Source: the human T2T-CHM13v2.0 reference genome, Homo sapiens
DNA: 64,000 nucleotides
Strand: one strand, 5' to 3'
Assembly: GCF_009914755.1 (NCBI RefSeq)
Contig: NC_060935.1
Below are positions 42,833 through 63,767 of the stretch, in pieces. How positions within the stretch are numbered: the stretch's first letter is position 1; each line of letters starts with the position of its first letter. Both the position numbers and the translations under genes were made by a program. The notes beneath the pieces are model-generated. The model was not told the DNA's origin, did not search any database, and saw nothing but the letters and a program-made list of their open reading frames with translations.

Positions 42833-44336
42833 CTGGAAAGGAAAGAAAATGATCAAAACAATTATATACTGGGAAAATAGAGGAATGAACAGTTTTCTTC
42901 TCACTACTTTCCTCCCGAAGATTTCAGCCTTCAACAAAGCCCTTGGAAATTATATTGGCTTGAAATAAATATTCTTCTACTTTTCACTTCTCTGGGTTAA
43001 TGTAATGAGAATTGTACTTGGTGTAAGTTTCATTCTGTTTGATTCCATTCTAAGTTCTGTTATTACTTTGTTTTAACCATGTGTGATGCACCTAAAGAAG
43101 AGATGAAATGGTCCTTAAGGGATGTTTCATTGTACAATGAACTTCTACCTGGAAGGACCCAGGGAACCCTCAGTTCCCTGGTGTGAGAACACAGGGGATT
43201 CTGAGGGAGGCTGCAGACATATGGCGCTCCTAACCTAGTCAATGAGAGAAATTCATGCCTGTAGGTAGAGTGAGGACAACTTGGTCCTGAATACATCTGA
43301 ATGTCCAGGCTATAATTAGAAACTGACATCTGTCAGAATTCAGTCAGCAAGTGATAAAGGTGAGTTACCTAAGAAAGCTTTATACTACTGGGTAATCAAA
43401 TTCAGAAAAAGGACAACTGACCCACTAGTTCAGAACCTCAATGTCCTCCCCAATGAAATGGAGGAGTATTGCCTGCCTCACAGTGATTATGCAGAAGAGC
43501 AGAGAAAATACATGTATGATGTCTAGAACATTGTAGGTGGCCAATATATTATCATTTCACTTCTCTGGTCCTTAGGAAAGGTGGCATAAGAAAAAAGAAG
43601 GGCTAAACTAAGATGAGGAGCAGGGAGTTACGGACTGAATGGATCTGATCAAGCTAGAATTAAGTGACGAAGATTTTTTAGAAAATTAACTGATTACGGA
43701 AAAGGGGGAACTCAAATATAGAGTTATAATCATGGCTTATATAATTTCTCTATTAGATAACTCATCTTCATTTTATGCATTTATTACTCCTGGTGTTAAA
43801 TTGATTGCTTTTATTGAGAGTTTATGACATTTTTACTCTACTTATTCCTCTGAGTTACTGACTTAAATGGCTCCTTGATGTTCAGATTGGCTTAATAAGT
43901 ACTTCCAAAATTCCTGGCACATTTTATCACTTTCAGCAGCAAAACAAGAGGTAGTGGTTCTCAACCTTTGCTGTGCATAAAAATCTACCGAGGTGCTTAG
44001 CAAAGGCAAGATTTCTAGGCTCTGTCCCAAGAGACTGTGGCTGCTGGGGGCAGGGGGTAGGGTATGGACCCGGGAATCTTCATTTCATTTCACAAAGCAT
44101 CCCAGAATCCAGGTGATTCTCACGCAAGTGGTCCCAGAACAACCCTTTGAAAAATATTAACCTAAGGAATGAAAGATATTTGTAGTTGAGTGTGTGAACA
44201 TGTAAATAGGATTAAAAGCAAATCCTTAAAACCATTTTTCAGAGACTCAGAAAAATAATAATACCTGAAATTTAAAATACTGCATTCTGAAAACAAAATT
44301 TTGCCACTTTATTATGGCTAGTGGGGTATATTTCTC

Positions 44337-44643
<307 letters not shown>

Positions 44644-44936
44644 TCGGGGTATATTTCTCTTGCTAGCAGTTTCCTGGCCATATATAAGCCCCAGTAGAAC
44701 CACCATCAAGGTAATTCACTGTAGGTTTTACTGGGATAAGTGGAGCTAGACTTACCTTCCAAAGGCACCACATCCTATTTGCCATTTCTTAGATAAAGGA
44801 TGAGCTATGTGTTCACAAATCCGAAACTCTTGTTTTGAAAGCAGCAGAGTACCTTGATTAAGAGCAAGTTCTGCAGAGCAAGACTGCCTGGGTTAATCCT
44901 GCTCTGCTTTGGAACTTCTTTACGTATCTTGGGGTT

Positions 44937-44989
44937 TGTGTGTGTGTGTGTGTGTGTGTGTGTTAGTGTGTGTGTGTGTGTGTGTGTGT
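44937..44989 (+). repeat. Interrupted (GT)n microsatellite
   Basis: Read directly. Confidence 0.95.
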
Positions 44990-45218
44990 TAGCTTCTCTG
45001 TTAAGGGATAATGCTGCTTGCATCATAGGACTAAATGATGGAAACCAATTCATTAGTACATTTAAACAGTGCCTAGTACGTATTAAAATCTCAGCTAAGC
45101 TTGGTTGTTTTTATGGGGACGGTTGGCTCCGTTCAGCTTCCCCATGGACTCGCCTCACACTTTTGATCCACCTGCTTCCTGGCTTCCCAGGAGACATAGA
45201 CATGAACTGTCCCAGATT

Positions 45219-45236
45219 TCCCACTAGGGGGCAGTA
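45219..45236 (+). promoter_or_regulatory. CTCF motif CCACTAGGGGGCAG in an SAA3P intron
   Basis: Near-perfect match to the CTCF core consensus CCASYAGRKGGCRS. Confidence 0.7.
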
Positions 45237-45528
45237 GAGCCCCACCGGTATTATGGGAACATGCACCCCTCAACTCCACATCTCTCTCATGGTCCTGCTG
45301 AAAAGAGGCAGCTCACACCTTATGCGACCTCGGCTGGAGGATCCTCATAGAAGAGTGTCAAAGCTGTCCAGAAAAGCATGAGGAACCACGCTTATGAAAA
45401 ACCATGCCCCTTCTCTATCCATCTGTGGCATCACTAGCACCTTTGCCCAGTGGGGATGTGGCCTCTGCTCAGCTGCATCCTGGGGGCAGCCAGAAGCAGC
45501 CTCCTGCCCCCTATCCTGTGGACCTCAC

Positions 45529-45623
45529 CTTGGCCAGCTGCCTTGAGGAATGTTAACCATCCTTGGCTGCTGACACCCAGGACCAGGGAGCAGAAAATGA
45601 TGCCAGTGGAGAGCTTCATCCTG
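45529..45623 (-). pseudogene. SAA3P: SAA3P first coding exon (signal peptide)
   Basis: ctgcag|CAGG ATG; donor CAAG|gtgagg; 91 coding nt as in other SAA genes. Confidence 0.92.
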
Positions 45624-45730
45624 CTGCAGGGCCAAGGAAACACAACCAAGGATAATACACATTCTGTTTCAAGTTTTTATTTTTTGTAATGTTAGTCCAT
45701 TCTTTCATTCCAAGAAAAAAACCCACTCGG

Positions 45731-45734
<4 letters not shown>

Positions 45735-45767
<33 letters not shown>
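45735..45767 (+). repeat. (CA)n microsatellite
   Basis: Read directly. Confidence 0.95.
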
Positions 45768-45771
<4 letters not shown>

Positions 45772-46423
45772 TATGTGTATAGATAAAAGATAGAAGGTCA
45801 GAGGGTCTACGTCTCCATTTCCATTTGTCTCATTGGAATCCCAGTATCTGACAGAAGAGGAGCAGTGACCCAGGATAAAGCAAATAGACAAAAGTCACAC
45901 CATGTTTGAGAATCATTATTTTAGATTAGAGCCTGCCAAAATTAGGAATTATGCCTCTTTCTGGGTTCTGAGCATATTTTAGGCACAGTAAAATGAAAGT
46001 TATAAGGCAGATAGCTGTCAGAGGATTTCCCTGTCCCTTTGGTTCTTATCTAAGGCAATGCTAAGCAACATTTGAATATTCCCTACACAACTTCCATTCC
46101 TTGGAAAAGGTGGGATTCCCTGTGGTCAGTGTAGTATCTGAGCTGGTGTGGCTCACTTGGTCCCAGGAGTAGACAGTAGAAGAGGGGGAAGAGGAGGGGA
46201 GTTGTCAACCATCCACAGCCACTGGTCATGGTGTACTTGGAGGAGCTGCTTCATAAAGCAGGGCATGTGATGTCCAGACCTCCTTTTTCCTACTCTTCTT
46301 CAGGCAGAAATTGAGGGCCAATGATCACATCCTGTCACAATTATTTTACTCCCTTTGGAACCATTCAATGCTGGAAATCTACTTTCTCGTTTTATTCAAG
46401 TCATTCTCTTCTTTGATAGAAGT

Positions 46424-46842
46424 TGATATGGTTTGGATCTGTGTCCCCACCCAAATTTCATGTTCAATTGTAATTCCCAATGTTGGGAGTGGAGCCTAGA
46501 GGGAGGTGATTGAATCAGGAAGGCTGTTTCTCATGAAAGGTTTAACAGCATCCCCCTTGGTACTGTCGTCGTGATAGTGAGTGAATTCTTTTGAGATCTG
46601 GTTATTTAAAAGTGTGCAGTACCTCCCCCCTCACTCTCTTTTGTCCTTGCTCCCACCATGTGAGATGCCTCACTCCCCCTCTGCCTTTGCCATATTGAAA
46701 GTTTCCTGAGGCTTCCCCAGAAGCAGAAGCCACTATGCTTCCTGTACAGACTAAAGAACCATGAACCAATATAACCTCTTTTCTTTATAAAGTACCCAGT
46801 TTCAGTCATTTCTTTATGGCAGTATGAGAACGGACTAATACA
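46424..46842 (+). mobile_element. MSTA-type (MaLR) solo LTR upstream of SAA3P
   Basis: TGATATGGTTTGGATCTG...CTAATACA; 5-bp TSD GAAGT. Confidence 0.9.
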
Positions 46843-46861
46843 GAAGTATTAGAAAGCAAGT

Positions 46862-47172
46862 GGCGTGGAGACACTGGCTCATGCTTATAATACCAGCACT
46901 TTGGGAGGCTGAGGCAGAAGGATCACTCGAGGCCAGGAACTCAAGACCAACCTGGGAAACATAGCAAGACCCCATCTCCACTATATATCTGTATATATAT
47001 TTTTTAAATTAGCGGGGTGTGGTAGTATGCACCTGTGGTCCCAGCTACTCAGGAGGCTGAGGCAGGAGGACTGCTTGAGCCCAGGAGTTGGAGGCTATGG
47101 TGAGCCATGATCACACCACTGCACTCTAGCCTGGGTGACAAAGTGACACACTGACTCATAGGAAAAAGAGCA
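46862..47172 (+). mobile_element. AluJ
   Basis: TSD AGAAAGC(A/G)AGT at 46851 and 47173. Confidence 0.9.
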
Positions 47173-47214
47173 AGAAAGCGAGTATGATTTCTAGATACCA
47201 AGAGGAACTCCTCA

Positions 47215-47460
47215 CAGGGACTTTGACAAGCCTTGCCTGTTTTCTTCCTTTGTTACTTAATGTATTCTGCCTTCCGGGAAGGTACACGCAGTTTCTTATG
47301 GTGCCAAGCTGAGAATAATAGACAATAACGGCAGTCAGTTCTTTTCACTTGTTTCTCCTGAAAAAGAAAGATTTCCTGTCATGATATCAGAGTCCCCAGG
47401 CCTTAAAGGGATTTTCCAACAGTCTCTTACAAGTGACTACGTGTGCTGGTTTGCATGAGA
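47215..47460. promoter_or_regulatory. Acute-phase-type motif cluster upstream of SAA3P: STAT/GAS TTCCGGGAA (47272-47280), C/EBP-like GTTACTTAAT (47252-47261), NF-kB GGGATTTTCC (47408-47417)
   Basis: Motifs read directly; SAA genes are established STAT3, NF-kB and C/EBP targets. Confidence 0.55.
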
Positions 47461-48382
47461 TCAGTGTCTATTGTCCAAGCTTAATAGTGGCACATCTTTT
47501 CATTGTCTACAATGGCCTGGATTGAACAGTAAATCAGATGGTAGCACTACTCTGATAACCTTGTGTGACCAGGCTGATTGAGAGGCCCAAGACACCTCCA
47601 TTCTTTTAAGTTACAATTAATTTAAGTAGAAGAGGAGAATACTAAGGCTTAATTCTATTAGGAATTAGAAAAACAAAAATCAGAAAAGCCCAAAAGTCCA
47701 CAGGTATCATGACTAAGAATGACATCTCAGACCTAAGCCCCAGTCTTAGAAGACCAGCGGGAAGAACTTTATATTCCCTAAATATAAAATGAAGAAAATA
47801 ATGATACAAAATCACTACCCTCAAAAAATTCACATTTAATGAATCCTAGTTACCAGAATAGTAGATATAGGAAGGATGCAGAAAAATACAACTCCCTTGT
47901 AGGGTTGTTGTGAGGATTAAATGATTAATGCTGACAGGGACTTGGGTTAATTCTGGGCACGTGTAAAGCATTTAATTAATTTTAGAGCTTCCACCTTAAC
48001 CAAGAAAACGCATAATAATTTATATTTTCCAGGAGACAGAAATATTAATTACAATATTGTTACCAAGGCAACCTATTATTAAGACATTAGTAAGTAAGAT
48101 TACCAATTAGAACTACAGTTATAAGGACCAAGGTTTATTTTCACATAGTGTCAGAGACGTTTGAACCAGAGCGACTCTATTTGGCATGAGGGCTAGGAAA
48201 ATGAGGCTGAGATTGCTAGGCTGCGTGCTCAGAAAGTTAGGCATTCCTAACCTCTAGATGTTTACAGTTAAGGGAACAAATTCGTAATGTTTACTAAACA
48301 GACCCAGACTTGGGAGTGTGCAAATATCCCAATATTTGGAGAACAAAGACATTCCTAATTTTTCTTTGAAGATAATAACATT

Positions 48383-49063
<681 letters not shown>

Positions 49064-49619
49064 TCTGTTATCACAAACCCTTGTAGCAGAACACATCTCC
49101 CCATGTATACAAGCAATTGTGCCTAGGGTGGACACGTTCCTTTTCTGACTTTCAGGAACGTTCTACTCTGTCTATGGAGTAGCTGTCCTTTTGTCACTTT
49201 ACTTTCTTAATAAACGTGCTTTTACTTTGCACTGTGGACTCGCCCTGAATTCTTTCTTGTGCAAGATCCAAGAACCCTCTCTTGGGGGTCTGGATCCTGA
49301 GCCCTGTCCTGTAACAATAGGACATAAAATCATCTTTGAAGTCTGGGTGAAAGACTTGAAAGAAAAATCTTTCGGTAATCTCACGAGTCAGCTAGGGAAA
49401 AGGTGCTGAGGCTGAACTCCATCAGACACACATGCTGGGTGGTCAGTGGTATGGAATTTCTGGGTTCTTGCCCTACCTCTCTGCTTCTAGCCAGTGATGT
49501 GATTTTGGGAAGGTCTCTCCATCTCCAAAAGGCTCAGTTTTCTGAGCCTTTTAGATCTATTAAATCACTGGAGTAGACTACAGTATATAATGTTTTTAGT
49601 CCCTATTTCTTCTACCGTT

Positions 49620-49807
49620 TTCTCTCTCTCTTTCTTTCTTTCTTTCTTTTTTTTCTTTTCCTTTTTCTTTCTTTCTTTTTTTTTTTTTTTGAGACAGGGT
49701 TTTGCTATGTTGCCCAGGCTGGTCTCAAACCCCTGGGCACAAAGTGATCCTCCTACCTTGGCTTTCCAAAGCGCTGCAATTACAGGCATGAGCCACCATG
49801 CCTGGCC
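49620..49807 (-). mobile_element. FLAM/Alu monomer followed by an L1M 3'-end fragment (49810-49960)
   Basis: Alu left arm with T-rich tail; then ATTGAGGTGAAATTCAC...AACATTTTCATCACC. Confidence 0.8.
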
Positions 49808-49966
49808 TTTTTCTAATTTTTTTTTTAATTGAGGTGAAATTCACCAAATATAAAATTAATTATTTTAAAGTTTACAATTCGGGGTATTTAGTTAATTCAT
49901 AATGTTATACCCACCTCTATCTAGTTCCAAAACATTTTCATCACCACAAAAGAAAATCCTGGACTT

Positions 49967-51568
49967 CCCTCTCCCTCTCCCTCTCCCTCTCCCTCCTCTC
50001 CCTCTCCCCACGGTCTCCCTCTAATGCCGAGCCGAAGCTGGACTGTACTGCCGCCATCTCGGCTCACTGCAACCTCCCTGCCTGATTCTCCTGCCTCAGC
50101 CTGCCGAGTGCCTGCGATTGCAGGCGCACGCCGCCACGCCTGACTGGTTTTCGTATTTTTTTGGTGGAGACGGGGTTTCGCTGTGTTGGCCGGGCTGGCC
50201 TCCAGCTCCTAACCGCGAGTGATCCGCCAGCCTCGGCCTCCGGAGGTGCCGGGATTGCAGACGGTGTCTGGTTCACTCAGTGCTCAATGGTGCCCAGGCT
50301 GGAGTGCAGTGGCGTGATCTCGGCTCGCTACAACCTCCACCTCCCAGCCGCCTGCCTTGGCCTCCCAAAGTGCCGAGATTGCAGCCTCTGCCCGGCCGCC
50401 ACCCCTTCTAGGAAGTGAGGAGCGTCTCTGCCTGGCCACCCATCGTCTGGGATGTTAGGAGCCCCTCTGCCTGGCTGCCCAGTCTGGAAAGTGAGGAGCG
50501 TCTTTGCCCGGCCGCCATCCCATCTAGGAAGTGAGGAGCGCCTCTTCCCGGCCGCCATCCCATCTAGGAAGTGAGGAGCGTCTCTGCCCGGCCGCCCATC
50601 GTCTGAGATGTGGGGAGTGCCTTTGCCCCGCCGCCCCGTCTGGGATGTGAGGAGCGCCTCTGCCCGGTCGCGACCCCGTCTGGGAGGTGAGGAGCGTCTC
50701 TGCCCAGCCGCCCCATCTGAGAAGGGAGGAGACCCTCCACCTGGCAACCGCCCCGTCTGAGAAGTGAGGAGCCCCTCCGCCCGGCAGCCACCCCGTCTGG
50801 GAAGTGAGGAGCGTCTCCGCCCGGCAGCCGCCCTGTCCGGGAGGGAGGTGGGGGTCAGCCCCCCGCCTGGCCAGCCGCCCCGTCCGGGAGGTGAGGGGCG
50901 CCACTGCCCAGCTGCCCCTACTGGGAAGTGAGGAGCCCCTCTGCCCGGCCACACGCTCCGACCGGGAGGGAGGTGGGGGGGTTAGCCCCCCGCCCGGCCA
51001 GCCGCCCCGTCTGGGAGGTGTGCCCAACAGCTCATTGAGAATGGGCCAGGATGACAATGGCGCCTTTGTGGAATAGAAAGGCGGGAAAGGTGGGGAAAAG
51101 ATTGAGAAATCGGATGGTTGCCGTGTCTGTGTGGAAAGAAGTAGACATGGGAGACTTTTCATTTTGTTCTGTACAAAGAAAGATTCTTCTGCCTTGGGAT
51201 CCTGTTGATCTGTGACCTTACCCCCAACCCTGTGCTCTCTGAAACATGTGCTGTGTCCACTCAGGGTTAAATGGATTAAGGGCGGTGAAAGATGTGCTTT
51301 GTTAAACAGACGCTTGAAGGCAGCATGCTCGTTAAGAGTCATCACCACTCCCTAATCTCAAGTACCCAGGGACACAAACACTGCGGAAGGCCTCAGGGTC
51401 CTCTGCCTAGGAAAACCAGAGACCTTTGTTCACTTGTTTATCTGCTGACCTTCCCTCCACTATTGTCCTATGACCCTGCCAAATCCCTCTCTGTGAGAAA
51501 CACCCAAGAATGATCAATAAAAATAAAATTTAAAAAAAAAGAAAAAAAGAAAAAAAAAAAAAGAAAAA
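49967..51568 (+). mobile_element. Full-length SVA retrotransposon (SVA_D-like)
   Basis: (CCCTCT)n head, antisense Alu-like domain, GC-rich VNTR (~50390-51015), SINE-R, AATAAA at 51516-51521 and poly(A). Confidence 0.97.
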
Positions 51569-51701
51569 TCTTTCAAGATTTTTTTTTGTTAGAAATAACT
51601 GTTGCAAGGATATGTTTATGATGCAAAAAAAACTGCATTGCAAAAAAACCTGCATTGCTTGCAGCTGCAAGAGATAACATTCCTTCAAACCTTGCTGAGA
51701 C

Positions 51702-58428
<6,727 letters not shown>

Positions 58429-58439
58429 TCCTGAATTAT

Positions 58440-61400
58440 TATTCAATCAACAATGAAATCAAGATAGAAATTTAAAAATTCTATAAACTGAATGATAATA
58501 GTGACACAACCTATCAAAACCTCTGAAATACAGCAAAAGTGGTGCTAAGAGGAAAGTTCATTGTATTAAATGCATACATCAAAATGTCTGAAAGAGCACA
58601 AATAGACAATCTGAAGTCACATCTCAAGGAACTAGAGAAGCAAGAACAAACTAAACCCAACCCAGCAGAAGAAAATAAATAAAAACGATCAGAGCAGAAC
58701 TAATTGAAACTGAAGCAAACAAACAAAAGATAAATGAAACAAAAAGCTGGTTCTTTGAAAACTTAAACAAAATTGATACACCATTAGCAAGGTTAACCAA
58801 GAAAAGAACAGAGAAGATTCAAATAAGCTCAATTAGGAATGAAACAAGAGATATTACAACCAATGCTATAGAAATACAAAAGATCTTTCAAGACTATTGT
58901 GATCACCTTTACATGCACAAACCAGAAAACCTGGAGGTTATGCATAAATTCCTGGAAACACACAAACCTCCTAGATTAAACTAGGGAGAAATAGAAAGTC
59001 TGAACAGACCAATAAAAAGGAATGAGATTGAAATAAAATTTTTTTTTAAATTGCCAACAAAAAGTACAAGACCAGATGTATTCACAGCTGAATTCTATCA
59101 GATATTCAAAGAAAAATTGGTATCAATCCTACTGAAGCTATTCCATAAAGAAAGAGGGAATCCTGCCTAAAGCATTGTATGAAGCCAATGTCACTTTAAT
59201 ACCAAAACCAGGAAAGGATATACAAAAAAGAAAACTATAGACCAGTACCACTGATGAATATACATGCAGAAATCCCCAACAAAATACTAGCTAACTCAAT
59301 CCAACAGCATATCAAGAAGATAATCCACCATTGTCAAGTGGGTTTCATACCAGGGGTGCAGGATAGGTTAACATACACAAGTCAATAAATGTGATACATC
59401 ACATAAACAGAATTAAAAACAAAAATCACATGATCATCTCAATAGATGCTGAAAAAGCATTTGACAAAATCTAACATTTCTTTATGATTAAAACCTTCAG
59501 CAAAATCGACATAGAAAGGACATACCTTAATGTAATAAAAGCCATATATGACGGACCCACAGCAAACATTATACTGAATGGGGAAAAGTTGAAAACATTG
59601 TCCCTGAGAACTGGAACAAGACAAGGATGCTACTTTCACCACTTCTATTCAACATAGTAGTGGAAGTTTTAGCCAGAGCAATCAGACAAGAGAAAGAAAT
59701 CAAGGGCACCCAAATCAATAAAGAGGAAGTCAAACTGTCCCTGTTCACTGATGATATGATTGTATACCTAGAAAACCCTAAAGACTCATCCAGAAAGCTC
59801 CTAGAACTGATACATAAATTCAGTAAAGTTTCAGGATACAAACTAAATGTACACAAATCAGTAGCACTGCTATACACCAACAGTGACCAAGCTGAGAATC
59901 AAATCAAGAACTCAAACACTTTTACAATAGCTGTAAAAAAATACTTAAGAATATTCTTACCCAAGGAGGTGAAGGACCTCTACAAGGAAAACTACAAAAC
60001 ACAGCTGACATCATAGATGACACAAACAAGTGGAAACACATCCCATGCTCATGGATGGGTAGAATCAATATTGTGAAAATGACCATATTGCCAAAAGCAA
60101 TCTACAAGTTCAATGCAATTCCCACCAAAATATCATCATCATTCTTCACAGAACTAGAAAAAAACAATTCTAAAATTCATATGGAACAACAACCAAAAAA
60201 AAAAAAAAAAACCCGCATAGCCAAAGCAAGACTTAGCAAAAAGAACAAATCTGGAGGCATCACATTACCCATCTTCAAACTATACTACAAGGCTATAATC
60301 ACCAAAACATCATGGCACTGACATAAAACTAGGCACATAGACCAATGGAAAAGAAGAGAGAATCCAGAAATAAAGCCAAATAATTATAGCCAACTGATTT
60401 TTGACAAAGCAAACAAAAACATAAAGTGGGGAAAAGACATTCTAGTTAACAAATGGTGCTGAGATTATTGGCAAGCCACATGTGGAAGAATGAAACTGGA
60501 TCCTTGTCTCTCACTTAATACAAAAATTGATACAAGATGGATCAAAGACTTAAATCTGAGACCTAAAACCATAAAAATTCTAGAAGATAACATCAGAAAA
60601 ATGCTTCTAGACATTCACTTAGGCAAAGACTTCATGGCCAAGAACCCAAAAGTAAATGCAACAAAAACAAAAATAAATAGATAGGACTTAATTAAACTAA
60701 AAAGCTTTTGCGCAGCAAAAACAATCATTAGCAGAGCAAACAGACAACCCACCGAGTGAGAGAAAATCTTCACAAACTAAGCATCTGACCAAGGACTAAT
60801 ATCCGGAATCCACAAGGAACTCAAACAAATCAGCAAGAAGAAAGCAAACAATCCCATGAAAGAGTGGGCTAAGGACATGAATAGACAATTCTCAAAAGAA
60901 GATATACAAATGGCCAACAAACAGGAAAAAATGCTTAACATCACTAATGATTAGGGAAATGTAAATCAACACTGTAATGCGATACCACCTTACTCCTGCA
61001 AGAATGGTCATAATTTAAAAATCTAAAAATAATAGATGTTGGTGTGTCTGTGGTGATAAAGGAACACTTTTACACTGCTGGTGGGAATGTAAACTTGCGC
61101 AACCACTATGGAAAACAGTGTGGAAATTTCTTAAGGAACTAAAAGTAGATCGACCATTTGATCCAGCAATCCCATTAAATATGTATAAATATATATATTT
61201 ATATACCATGGAATACAACTCAGCCATAAAAAAGAATAAAATGATGACATTCACAGCAATCTAGATGGAATTGGAGACCCTTATTCTAAGTGGGGTAACT
61301 CAGGAATGGAAAACCAAACATCATATGTTCTCACTTACAAGTGGGGGCTAAGCTGTGAGGACACGAAGGCATAGAATGATATAATGAACTCTGGGGACTT

Positions 61401-61575
61401 GAGGGGAAGGATGGAAGAGAGGCGAGGGATAAAAGACTACACATTGGGTACAGTGTACACTGCTCAGGTGATGGGTGCACCAAAATCTCAGAAATTACCA
61501 CTAAAGAACTTATCCATGGAAGCAAACACCACCTGTTCCCCAAAATCCCAATGAAATAAAAATAATAATAATAAA
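58440..61575 (+). mobile_element. 5'-truncated L1PB element
   Basis: Degenerate ORF2 ([21 protein letters not shown]...FTDDMI), L1PB-type 3'UTR and A-rich tail. Confidence 0.9.
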
Positions 61576-62112
61576 TGATTTAATTTCACAGAATTTAAAA
61601 AAGTTCACTGTTCAGAGTTTATAATAATGAAGTAAGAATGAAAAGTGTAGCAAGTGGTAGCCTCTGGACAATGGGACTCTAGATTTTCACCTTGCATACA
61701 CTTCTCTGGCATTTGGAAAGAAAGTATACACATGAATATATCACCACTATGATAAAGAAAACATCAAAAAATTGTGTCAGGCCATTGTCAGCCTTGAATG
61801 GTCCCATGATCTACTTTTTCATTTGGATATAAAGCCTCATAATGATAGTTCACATTGCTTAATGTGATGCCTAGGCCCATAATTGATTTTTAAAATCAGG
61901 ACAGCAATTACTTACAGGAAGTTGAACAAGATGGGACGTGATAGGAGAGGCTTAAATGTACTGGATATGGGACAGAGGCCAAGAATCATCTCAGTTAGGA
62001 TTTGTGTCTCAAATACCTCTGGCCTCTGATTTGCCCATAGTCCTCATACAGGAAATAACAAGACTGTCCAGAATCTTCGTAAGCCTGGATTGCTCACCAG
62101 CTTTCATTTCAG

Positions 62113-62238
62113 CTCCTGTAGGCATCTCCTGAATTAAGCAACACAGAAAAGTCCTCTGAAGTCACTGAATCCCATAAAGGCTCTCTACCTTTAGCACAAG
62201 GGAGGTCTTCACCACTGGACAAAGAAGGAACGATAAGG
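62113..62238 (+). other. MRGPRX3: Probable 5'UTR exon of downstream MRGPRX3 (CDS outside the window)
   Basis: Unique sequence bounded by ctttcatttcag| and AAGG|GTAAGT; assignment to MRGPRX3 rests on recalled locus order (SAAL1-SAA3P-MRGPRX3). Confidence 0.6.
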
Positions 62239-62884
62239 GTAAGTACCAAGAACTCTCTTCTTCCACAGTCAGTTATGATTTTTGCTGTAAGATCATGTCC
62301 TTATGCTTCCACCTTGGTGCTACATGCAGGGGGTCACGAGCTTGTTTCAGGAAAAGACAGGAGACATGAAGCTTCCTTTCAGAAACTGAGTGCTGTCAAC
62401 CCAAACTGTGTGAGCTCTAAATGGTGTCCCCCCTTCTAATTTATCTCCCCATATCACCTCCTTCATTCCAATCATTCAATCTGCCCTCATGGAGAGACTG
62501 CTGCCTCTTACATTCATTTAACGAGCAAGGGGACATGCAGGCATTTCTTCCCAGAGTTGAACTGCTATAGAGCCAGTTTCTTTGTTTCACTTACTTTTCA
62601 AATTTATTCTTCTTTGCCTATCTGGAAAGGTCTAAGGAAGATATAGATGGCCCAATAATTAAGGAGTGTTTCATGAGGAAAGTATTTACAAAGATGCACA
62701 GAGTTAAGGGTCAGGATCCTAAGCAGCAATACATAGGGGAGCACTACTTCCTCCCCTAGGCTGAAACGGACAGGGAAGGAGCAGTTACCATTGTCACTAT
62801 AGCCATAGCTGTAGCCATAAGGGTGGGAGAGCATGAGCAGGCAAGTGGAGAAGCCCTGCGTGGCCAACGCACAGCCACACAGGC

Positions 62885-63303
62885 TGATATAGTTTGGATC
62901 TGTGTTCCCACCAAAATCTCATGTTGATTGTAATTTCCAATGTTGGAGGAAGGGCCTTGTGGGAGATGATTATTAGATCACGGGGATGGTTTTGCATGAA
63001 TGTTTTAACACCATCCCCCTTTGGTATTGTTGTTGTGATACTGACGAGTTCTCATGAAATCTAGTTGTTTAAAAGCGTGTAGCACCTCCTCCCTCTCTCT
63101 TACTCCTGCTCTCACCATGTGAGACGCCTCGCTCCCCCTTTGCCTTTCACCAGGATTGGAAGCTTTCTGAGGCCTCCCCAGAAGCAGAAGCTGCTATGCT
63201 TCTTGTACAGTCTGTAGAGCTATTAGCCAGTTAAACCCATTTCCTTCATAAATTTCCCAGTCTCAGGTATTTCTTTTTAGCAATTTGAGAATGAACTAAT
63301 ACA
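62885..63303 (+). mobile_element. MSTA-type (MaLR) solo LTR
   Basis: TGATATAGTTTGGATCTG...CTAATACA; TSD CAGGC/CAGAC. Confidence 0.88.
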
Positions 63304-63767
63304 CAGACAGAGAGCCAGGAGATGGAAATCCCAAGGTGCTTTCCTGCTGTCTTCCAGTCTCCTGCTGGTGTCTCCCAGTGTCTCAATTCCACCAGAAACC
63401 AGAAATAAAAAGAATCCCACTGATGTGGTACATAGAAGCCACTCTCTTGGGATGTCAAACAGGATAAAGAAGAATGGAAAGCAAATCCTCATGGTAAATG
63501 AGACTATCCCTCTCACCTTCTTGTATCCTCCTAATTCCTGGGGCTTTCTCTATCTGATTGATCCCTGTCTCATTTCAGCTCTATCAGACTACTTTAATGT
63601 TTGGCTTGTCTTTCTCTACTGTCACTTTTATGCAGAAATGTTTGCATTTGTTAAAAATGCATAGAAAATAAAATGTAATTTTAAAAAGAACATATGTATT
63701 TTGTTTAGAATATAAGTTTGGCTGATCTAATAAAGACATGAAGAAGAAATATCTTAAACAAGAAAGT

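Noticed and set aside
50328-51348. 208- and 274-aa repetitive ORFs
   Set aside because: Antisense reading of the SVA VNTR and SINE-R.
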